Shown in pieces: positions 8,844 to 15,733 of a stretch of DNA of 64,000 bases. Below the pieces are notes generated by a model, which made no database searches, was not told the origin of the DNA, and saw only the letters and a list, made by a program, of their open reading frames with translations. This stretch comes from Clostridia bacterium. GTDB taxonomy: Bacteria; Bacillota; Clostridia; UBA1381. A program made the position numbers and the translations under genes. Position 1 is the stretch's first letter. Each line of letters begins with the position of its first letter. The DNA lies in NCBI GenBank assembly GCA_045649415.1, contig JAZRPY010000006.1:14466-78465 (forward strand), read 5' to 3'.

Positions 8844-9119
8844 ATGGCAGTAGAAGCATTAGGAATGGTAGAAACAAGAGGTTTGGTAGCAGCAATCGAG
8901 GCTGCAGATGCAATGGTTAAGGCAGCAAATGTAACCTTAATCGGAACAGAGAGAATTGGTTCAGGTTTGGTAACTGTTATGGTTCGTGGCGATGTTGGTG
9001 CAGTTCAGGCTGCAACAGACGCTGGTGCTGCAGCAGGCTCAAAGCTTGGTGAATTAGTATCTGTTCATGTTATTCCAAGACCACACAACGATGTGGAAAA
9101 AATTCTTCCAATTTTATAA
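8844..9119 (+). CDS. BMC-H shell protein (PduA/EutM-like hexamer), paralog of 8043..8312
   Basis: [14 protein letters not shown]...[21 protein letters not shown]...HVIPRPH. AGGAGG RBS. Confidence 0.9.
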   Translation: MAVEALGMVETRGLVAAIEAADAMVKAANVTLIGTERIGSGLVTVMVRGDVGAVQAATDAGAAAGSKLGELVSVHVIPRPHNDVEKILPIL

Positions 9120-9147
9120 TTTGAAGAACAAACTCGGCTACTCAAGG

Positions 9148-9173
9148 CTGTCGGCATTTTTGCCGACAGTTTT
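9148..9173 (+). terminator. Intra-operon hairpin (partial terminator or attenuator) after the shell-gene cluster
   Basis: Stem ctgtcggca/tgccgacag (9 bp), loop tttt, followed by tttt. It lies in the only long (101 nt) intergenic gap of the operon. Confidence 0.5.
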
Positions 9174-9220
9174 GGTGGCTTAGGTATTTATGATTTTTTT
9201 TGTAAAATGGAGGCAATCTT

Positions 9221-9865
9221 ATGACAGACACAAATTTGATAGAGTTAATCACTGAAAATGTTATAAAGGTACTTAATGAAAATGAAAATGCGTCAGGTGG
9301 TATTAAGGTTGGCGTATCAGCCCGTCATGTGCATCTGTCAAAGAAGGATTTGGAAACCTTGTTCGGAGCAGGCTATGAGCTAACACCCAAGAAAATACTC
9401 ATGGGTGACCAGTATGCTGCAGAGGAGTGTGTAACACTTGTTAGTCCGAGCTTGAGAAGTATTGAGGGCGTAAGAGTTTTAGGCCCCACAAGAGATGAAT
9501 CACAGATAGAAATTTCAAGAACTGACACCTTTAAATTAAAGGTTAGTCCCCCTGTTCGTCCGTCAGGAAAGATTAAAAACAGTGCTCCTATGGCATTGGT
9601 AGGACCAAAGGGAAGCGTGTTCTTGAACGAGGGCTGCATAATTGCAAATCGTCATATACATATGACACCAAGTGATGCGGCAAAATATGGAATTGTTGAC
9701 AATGACCTGGTGGATGTTGAAATCCAGAATGCAAAGCCAACAAGATATTATGATGTTCAGGTAAGAGTGAGAGAGGATTTCAACACAGAAATGCATATCG
9801 ACACGGATGATGCAAATGCAGCTGGTATAAAAACAGGCGACCATGTTGAAATTTTGAAAAGATAA
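9221..9865 (+). CDS. pduL: Phosphate acyltransferase PduL (phosphotransacylase) with an N-terminal encapsulation peptide
   Basis: Two PduL-type repeats (VGVSARHVHLS and ANRHIHMTPSDA). The N-terminal amphipathic segment is NLIELITENVIKVLNEN. Confidence 0.85.
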   Translation: MTDTNLIELITENVIKVLNENENASGGIKVGVSARHVHLSKKDLETLFGAGYELTPKKILMGDQYAAEECVTLVSPSLRSIEGVRVLGPTRDESQIEISRTDTFKLKVSPPVRPSGKIKNSAPMALVGPKGSVFLNEGCIIANRHIHMTPSDAAKYGIVDNDLVDVEIQNAKPTRYYDVQVRVREDFNTEMHIDTDDANAAGIKTGDHVEILKR

Positions 9866-9921
9866 GGTATGAAAATTATTCTTTGAGTACATAAAATGTA
9901 CTGCAGAAGGGATTGAGATAT

Positions 9922-10182
9922 ATGCTTTTAGCAAAGGTTACAGGTAGCATAATTTCCACAAGCAAGAATGATAAGCTTGTGGGCTACAAATTTATGACAG
10001 TTCAGCTTATTGAAAATGACAAGCTGACAGACAAATACTTGCTTGCAGTTGATGGAATTGGTGCAGGTATAGGCGAAAAGGTTATCATTGCAACAGGCAG
10101 TGCTGCAAGACTTGGTATCGACAGAAACGATGCGCCTGTTGATGCGGCAATTGTTGGAATAGTTGACGAAAAGCAGGGCTGA
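9922..10182 (+). CDS. BMC-P vertex (pentamer) protein, EutN/CcmL family
   Basis: MLLAKVTGSIISTSKNDKLVGYKFMTVQLI...DAAIVGIVD is typical of EutN/PduN. ATG 9922 is 9 nt after GAAGGG. Confidence 0.85.
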   Translation: MLLAKVTGSIISTSKNDKLVGYKFMTVQLIENDKLTDKYLLAVDGIGAGIGEKVIIATGSAARLGIDRNDAPVDAAIVGIVDEKQG

Positions 10183-10224
10183 TAACCATTTACCAATCAA
10201 TTTATAAGAAAAGGAGAGCTTGGC

Positions 10225-11556
10225 ATGACATTTGATGAGCTTTGCCGAATTACATATAATGCCGGAGTGGTGGGCGCCGGTGGTGCCGGATTTCCTACCC
10301 ACAAGAAATTCTCCAAGGATGTTAAGCAGATAGTTGTCAATGCTGCAGAATGTGAGCCATTGATGATGGTTGACCATCATATATTGGAGCATCATTTAAA
10401 GGCATTGGTGGACACTTTGAATATTTTGCTTGATATGATGGAAGCAGATGAGGCTATTATCGGTATAAAGGGCAAGAATATGCATCTTTTAGATGATGCT
10501 ATTGTTGTTTCATTACAAGGTACTCGTGTTAAAATTAAAGAAATTCCTGACATATATCCTGCAGGAGATGAGGTTGTTCTGGTGTACGAAACCACAGGCA
10601 AAATCATTCCTGAGGGCAGTATTCCTGTTATGGTGGGAGTTATGGTTATAAATGTGGAAACTATTTATAATATCTACAATGCAATAAACAAAGACAAGCC
10701 TGTTGTTGATAAGTATGTAACAATAGCAGGTGATGTTTCGAGGGATATAACAATAAAAGCACCTATCGGTATGAAGGTGTCGGAGCTTTTAGAGGCGTGT
10801 GGAGTATCAACTGAGGGAAAATCTGTGATTGATGGTGGACCTATGATGGGTAAGCTTATCGATTTGGAAACTGCAGTTGTTACCAAAACCACTAAGGGAA
10901 TTTTAGTATTCCCCAACACTCACTCAATAGTGCAAAGAAAGAAAATGCCACTTTCGGTGAGTATGAAAAGAGCAGCAGCTGCTTGTTGTAACTGCAGTAT
11001 GTGTTCGGATGTATGTCCGAGATATCTGCTTGGATATTCCCTGAGAGTAGATAAAACCCTGAGGGCAGTATCTCACTCGGAGGTGCAGAACAAGGAAGCG
11101 TTTTTGCAAAGCTCGCTTTGTTGTGGCTGTGGAGTGTGCACAGTTATTGGTTGTCAGCAGATGTTAGATCCACAGGCGTTATCTATGGAGGTCAAGCGTT
11201 TGTTAGGCAAGAATGGATACAGACGAACTAACAATAAGGCACCAGAAAAGGTGAGAGAGGAAAGAGCATCACGACTTATTTCCTCACAAAAGCTTATTGA
11301 TAGGTTGGGAATCAGAAAGTATGTGAAGGACCGTGTGGACAGAGAGTATATTGAATTTAATCCAAAAACGGTCACAATTCCGATGTCCCAGCATGTTGGA
11401 AAGCCTGCAACACCTGTTGTGAAAACAGGGGATATGGTTAAGGTTGGGCAATTGATTGCAAAAACAGATGAAAATGCCTTGGGCACCACCATCCATGCAA
11501 GTATCAATGGAAAAATAACCAAGGCAGACGACAGATTTATAACAATAGAAGCTTAA
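10225..11556 (+). CDS. PduS/RnfC-like Fe-S flavoprotein (NADH-binding, SLBB, two 4Fe-4S motifs, C-terminal RnfC_N-like barrel domain)
   Basis: GVVGAGGAGFPTHKK motif. Cys clusters CCNCSMCSDVCP and CCGCGVCTVIGC. The C-terminal segment IPMSQHVGKPATPVVKTGDMVKVGQLIA...IHASINGKI resembles the RnfC N-terminal domain, so the domain order is PduS-like rather than RnfC-like. Confidence 0.75.
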   Translation: MTFDELCRITYNAGVVGAGGAGFPTHKKFSKDVKQIVVNAAECEPLMMVDHHILEHHLKALVDTLNILLDMMEADEAIIGIKGKNMHLLDDAIVVSLQGTRVKIKEIPDIYPAGDEVVLVYETTGKIIPEGSIPVMVGVMVINVETIYNIYNAINKDKPVVDKYVTIAGDVSRDITIKAPIGMKVSELLEACGVSTEGKSVIDGGPMMGKLIDLETAVVTKTTKGILVFPNTHSIVQRKKMPLSVSMKRAAAACCNCSMCSDVCPRYLLGYSLRVDKTLRAVSHSEVQNKEAFLQSSLCCGCGVCTVIGCQQMLDPQALSMEVKRLLGKNGYRRTNNKAPEKVREERASRLISSQKLIDRLGIRKYVKDRVDREYIEFNPKTVTIPMSQHVGKPATPVVKTGDMVKVGQLIAKTDENALGTTIHASINGKITKADDRFITIEA

Positions 11557-11584
11557 TACTCTAAAAAGGGTATGGAGGTCGCAT

Positions 11585-12130
11585 ATGAATTCAATAGGAT
11601 TGGTTGAAGTTAAGAATATAAGCAAGGGCATAAGAGTAACTGATGAAATGCTAAAGGGTGCAGGAATAACACTTATTCAGGCAGGTTCTGTATGTCCGGG
11701 AAAATATGTAACAATAGTTGGTGGAGATTTATCCTCCATCCAGTCAGCAGTTGATACTGCTGAAAAGCATGCAGAGGATGCACTGATCGACAAGTTCGTG
11801 ATCGGCAATCTTGGAGAAAAGGTGTTTGATGCCATTTGTGGTACTGCAGAGGTGAAGGACAAAAAGGCACTTGGTATTATCGAAACCTTTACAGCAGCCT
11901 CGGCAATCCTGGCAGCAGATGCAGCTGTTAAGGCTGCAATGATAAAGCTGATTGAGGTCAGGGTTGCTCGTGGTATGGGTGGAAAGTGCTTTGTCACATT
12001 AACAGGTGAGGTTGCAGATGTTCAGGCAGCAGTTGATGCAGGTGCAAAAATTGCAGCAGATGACGGTGTTTTAATTAACACCGAGGTAATCGCAAACCCA
12101 CATCCTGAGCTATGGGATGCAATTGTTTAA
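11585..12130 (+). CDS. BMC-T shell protein (tandem BMC domains, PduT-like)
   Basis: 181 aa containing two BMC domains (IGLVEV... and LGIIETF...VIANPHPE). A single Cys37 in GSVCPGKY (codon at 11693-11695) occupies a position like the PduT 4Fe-4S ligand. Confidence 0.8.
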   Translation: MNSIGLVEVKNISKGIRVTDEMLKGAGITLIQAGSVCPGKYVTIVGGDLSSIQSAVDTAEKHAEDALIDKFVIGNLGEKVFDAICGTAEVKDKKALGIIETFTAASAILAADAAVKAAMIKLIEVRVARGMGGKCFVTLTGEVADVQAAVDAGAKIAADDGVLINTEVIANPHPELWDAIV

Positions 12131-12151
12131 AACTTTTGTGAAAGAGAGCAA

Positions 12152-12928
12152 ATGAGTATGTTAGCTGTTGAGAGAAGAAGCTCAATTGAGCAGTTAATTC
12201 AAAAAAATAAAAGCGTGCTTGTGTTAGAACTGGCAAAACAATTTGATGTAACCACTGAAACTATTCGCGGTGACTTGGAAAAGCTTGAACGCCAGGGAGT
12301 TTTAATCCGTACCTATGGTGGTGCTACCTTGGTTGAGGAGATTTCTGATGCAGATATGAGCACACACGAAAGAGATACTGTGAACTTTGAGGGTAAGCAG
12401 AGAATTGGCAGGCGTGCTGCAGAAATGATTAAGGACGGAGAAACGATATTCCTTGATGCAAGTACCTCGTGCCTGCATATCGCAAGAAATTTAAAAGACA
12501 AAAAGTCTGTGACCGTCATAACCAATGCAGAACGAGTTGTGGCAGAACTGTCGCAATATGAAAATGTTAAGGTTATTTGTACAGGTGGCAGACTTGTTAA
12601 TAAAAATCTTTCCTATGAGGGAAGAATGGTTGAGGATACTATAAGAAAGTATTATTACGCAAATAAGTGCTTTTTCTCCTGTGCAGGAATTACATTGTCA
12701 AGGGGAATAACTGAAAGGTCGGAGGCTGAGGCAGAAATTAAAAAAGCAATGCTTGACTGCTCCGAAACCTCAATTTTCCTTTGTGACCATAAAAAGCTCG
12801 GAAGAATTGGCGTGCCGATTCTTGCAAAGGTGAGCGATATCGATTATATGATAACCGATATCAAGCTTGATGAAGAATGGAAACTTGCATTAGAAGAAAG
12901 TGAAGTTAACTTAATAACTGTAGATTAA
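12152..12928 (+). CDS. DeoR-family transcriptional regulator (HTH plus sugar-phosphate-binding DeoR C-terminal domain)
   Basis: N-terminal wHTH VLELAKQFDVTTETIRGDLEKLERQG and a DeoR C-terminal domain (IFLDASTSC...ITN). It is the last gene of the BMC operon. Confidence 0.85.
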   Translation: MSMLAVERRSSIEQLIQKNKSVLVLELAKQFDVTTETIRGDLEKLERQGVLIRTYGGATLVEEISDADMSTHERDTVNFEGKQRIGRRAAEMIKDGETIFLDASTSCLHIARNLKDKKSVTVITNAERVVAELSQYENVKVICTGGRLVNKNLSYEGRMVEDTIRKYYYANKCFFSCAGITLSRGITERSEAEAEIKKAMLDCSETSIFLCDHKKLGRIGVPILAKVSDIDYMITDIKLDEEWKLALEESEVNLITVD

Positions 12929-13055
12929 AAAAGTGAACCAATAGTCTCAACTCCAAATGTTATTGTGGCAGAACCGAAACGAAAGTCTGTTAAAAATATG
13001 GGGATGCAAAGACGAAAATCCAACAAAATAGGAGCTTGATTTCTACTACAAAAAC

Positions 13056-13086
13056 GAAACACCGATATAATAAATATCGGTGTTTT
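13056..13086. terminator. Bidirectional terminator between deoR-like and the radical SAM gene
   Basis: Stem gaaacaccgatat/atatcggtgtttc, flanked by an A-run upstream and a T-run downstream. Confidence 0.7.
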
Positions 13087-13088
13087 CT

Positions 13089-14036
13089 TTATTCGGTAAA
13101 ATATTTTCCCTGGCAGGTATCCCGTCTTACCATTTCCTTATCAATTTCATTTAAAACCACAAATTTTTTAAGACTCCACAATGGACCAACAAGAGTATCC
13201 CTGCCACCATCTCCTGTGAGGCGTTGGATTATGGTTCCCTTGGGCAGTACCTCAAGCTGACTGACGATTATATCCACATACTCATCTCGTGTGAGTAATT
13301 CAAACTCACCATTTTCATACATCTTTTCAATAGGAGTTCCTCTTAAAATGTGAAGAAGATGAATTTTGACACAATGTGGGCGTAGCTTTCCCACCTGTCT
13401 TGCACTTTCCACCATCATTTCCTTGGTTTCCCCGGGCAGTCCGTCAATGAGATGCACACAAATGGAAATACCCCTTTCAGAAAGCATTCGATAGCCCTTT
13501 AAAAAATCTTCATATGTGTGGCATCGATTTATAAGCTCACCTGTTTTATCAAATATACTCTGCAACCCCAACTCCACAATTAGATAGGTACGCTCATTTA
13601 ACTCTTCAAGGTAGTCCACAATTTCAGGGGACAGAGCATCGGCTCTGGTGGCAATACTTAGTCCCACCACATTTTTTTCCTTCAGCACAGGTTCGAAATT
13701 TTTCTTTAAAACCTCTAAGGGTGCATAGGTGTTGGTGTGTGCCTGAAAATATGCAATATATTTTGCATCCTCCCACTTTTTGTGGAGAGTAGCTTTTACA
13801 TTCTCAAATTGGGTTATAATGTCCTGGGAAGGCTTGCCTGCAAAATCGCCACTGCCCGAATCGGAGCAATATATACAACCACCCACGCCCTTTGTTCCGT
13901 CTATGTTGGGACAGGTGAAGCCGGCATTGAGCGACACTTTAAAAACCTTGCCACCAAATTTTTCTCTCAAATGATAATTCCATGTATGGTATCTTTTGTT
14001 GTCCATGGTGTAGAAAAAGGGATTATACATTGGCAT
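13089..14036 (-). CDS. Radical SAM protein, TIGR01212 (YhcC-like) family
   Basis: KVSLNAGFTCPNIDGTKGVGGCIYCS is the atypical Cys motif I associate with the TIGR01212 family. GGAAGGAG RBS. Confidence 0.75.
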   Translation of the reverse strand: MPMYNPFFYTMDNKRYHTWNYHLREKFGGKVFKVSLNAGFTCPNIDGTKGVGGCIYCSDSGSGDFAGKPSQDIITQFENVKATLHKKWEDAKYIAYFQAHTNTYAPLEVLKKNFEPVLKEKNVVGLSIATRADALSPEIVDYLEELNERTYLIVELGLQSIFDKTGELINRCHTYEDFLKGYRMLSERGISICVHLIDGLPGETKEMMVESARQVGKLRPHCVKIHLLHILRGTPIEKMYENGEFELLTRDEYVDIIVSQLEVLPKGTIIQRLTGDGGRDTLVGPLWSLKKFVVLNEIDKEMVRRDTCQGKYFTE

Positions 14037-14087
14037 TTTCTCCTTCCTCTTTTAATATATTTTATATTATACACTAAAATATTTGTG

Positions 14088-14116
14088 TTGACAATAGTTG
14101 GTGAATATTATATAAT
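14088..14116 (+). promoter_or_regulatory. Consensus sigma-A promoter upstream of the rhamnulokinase gene
   Basis: TTGACA - 17 nt - TATAAT, an exact consensus, about 60 nt upstream of ATG 14177. Confidence 0.6.
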
Positions 14117-14176
14117 TTAAGTATAGAAAAACAAGATAAATACATAATAATTTTAAATACAAGGAGATAAAGGAAT

Positions 14177-15658
14177 ATGGCAAAATACAAGTTTTTAGCA
14201 TTCGATTTTGGTGCTTCAAATGGTAGAGCAATGCTTGCCACATTGGAGAAGGGAAAAATCACCTTGGAGGAAAAGCATCGTTTTCCAAACGACTCAGTAA
14301 GCGTTAATGGTGGAATGTACACAGATTCATTGCGTTTATTCCATGAAATCAAGCAAGGAATTTTAGCTTGCGCAAACTCAGGTGACAGGGATATCACAAG
14401 TATTGGTATTGATACCTGGGGTGTTGACTATGGTATGCTTGATAAGGACGACCAGTTAATTGGCAACCCATATCACTATCGTGACACAAGAACTGACGGT
14501 ATGATAGAAAAGGTATGCGAAAAGGTTTCTGAAAAGGAAATATTTGAGGAAACAGGTGTTGCTTTTAATTGGTTTAACACTTTATATCAGGTCTATAGCG
14601 AAAAGCTTGCAGACAATCTTCGTTTCAGAGAGGGAAAAACGCTTTTGTTCACTCCTGACCTATTCAATTTCTTCCTCACAGGTAAAAAAAGAGTTGAATA
14701 CACAATTGCATCAACATCACAGATGTTTGATTCAAAAAATCACACCTGGGCAGAGGGAATTTTAGGTAAGCTTGGCTTAAGCTCAAAGATATTCCCTGAA
14801 ATGATATATCCCGGAGAAAAGGTGGGCGAGTTGACCGAGGAAATTGCAGAGGAGCTTGGAGTTGCAAGAATTCCTGTTATGGCAGTTGCATCTCACGACA
14901 CAGGCTCGGCAGTTGCATCTGTGCCTGTGGTTGACCAGGACGATTTTATATATATTTCAAGTGGTACCTGGAGTTTGATGGGTGTGGAATTAAAGGAGCC
15001 TATCGTTTCTGAGAAATCAAGAAAGTTTAACTTCACCAATGAGGGTGGCGTTAACAAAACAATTCGTTTCTTAAAGAGCATTATGGGCTTGTGGCTTGTT
15101 CAGGAATCCCGTCGTCAATGGGGCAGAGAGGGTGAGCTTTTAAGCTTTGGTGAGCTTGCAGATTTGGCAAGTAAGGAAAAACCATTTGTTAGCTTTATCG
15201 ATCCTGACTATGAGGATTTCCAGACACCTGGAAATATGCCCGAGAAAATCAGGAACTATTGTCGCAAAACCAATCAGCCTGTGCCTGAAACAAAGGGTGA
15301 GGTTGTTCGTTGTATCACTCAAAGCCTTGCATTCAAGTATCGCAAGACCATTGAGGATATGGAAGAGGTTACCAACAAAAAGTACTCAGTAATCAATATT
15401 GTTGGTGGTGGAATTCAGGATAAGATGCTTTGTCAGTTCACTGCAAATGCAACAGGCAGAACTGTTGAAGCAGGACCAGTTGAGGCAACTGCTATCGGAA
15501 ATGCGATTGTGCAGGCAATGGCAGCAGGGGTTGTGAAGGACTTGAACGAGGGCAGAAAAATCATTAAAAACTCCTTCGATATTGCAAAATATGAGCCTCA
15601 GGATTCAGAGGAATGGAACAAGGCATACGAAAAGTGGCTTTCAATAGTTTCAGAATAA
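14177..15658 (+). CDS. rhaB: Rhamnulokinase (FGGY carbohydrate kinase family)
   Basis: FGGY N-terminal motif AFDFGASNGR. NFTNEGGVNKTIRFLKSIMGLWLVQE resembles the RhaB-specific NxTNEGG...LKNIMGLWLL segment, recalled from memory. Confidence 0.75.
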   Translation: MAKYKFLAFDFGASNGRAMLATLEKGKITLEEKHRFPNDSVSVNGGMYTDSLRLFHEIKQGILACANSGDRDITSIGIDTWGVDYGMLDKDDQLIGNPYHYRDTRTDGMIEKVCEKVSEKEIFEETGVAFNWFNTLYQVYSEKLADNLRFREGKTLLFTPDLFNFFLTGKKRVEYTIASTSQMFDSKNHTWAEGILGKLGLSSKIFPEMIYPGEKVGELTEEIAEELGVARIPVMAVASHDTGSAVASVPVVDQDDFIYISSGTWSLMGVELKEPIVSEKSRKFNFTNEGGVNKTIRFLKSIMGLWLVQESRRQWGREGELLSFGELADLASKEKPFVSFIDPDYEDFQTPGNMPEKIRNYCRKTNQPVPETKGEVVRCITQSLAFKYRKTIEDMEEVTNKKYSVINIVGGGIQDKMLCQFTANATGRTVEAGPVEATAIGNAIVQAMAAGVVKDLNEGRKIIKNSFDIAKYEPQDSEEWNKAYEKWLSIVSE

Positions 15659-15677
15659 AATTATCATAAACTAAAAA

Positions 15678-15715
15678 GGGTTTTCATATAAATAGGATAT
15701 GAAAACTCTTTTTTG
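15678..15715 (+). terminator. Rho-independent terminator
   Basis: Stem gggttttcatat/atatgaaaactc followed by a T-run. Confidence 0.7.
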
Positions 15716-15733
15716 TTGAAAGGATGATAAAAT

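Noticed and set aside
9928-10395. A 155-aa minus-strand ORF across the BMC-P / PduS-like genes.
   Set aside because: It is antisense to two genes with clear family motifs and has no RBS or motif. The same reasoning applies to the other antisense or alternative-frame ORFs in the track that overlap confidently called genes, including 4898..5287, 19178..19675, 36939..37427, 38184..38681, 40280..40717, 40513..41016, 41066..41500, 50168..50623, 51125..51484, 52678..53100 and 55220..55645.
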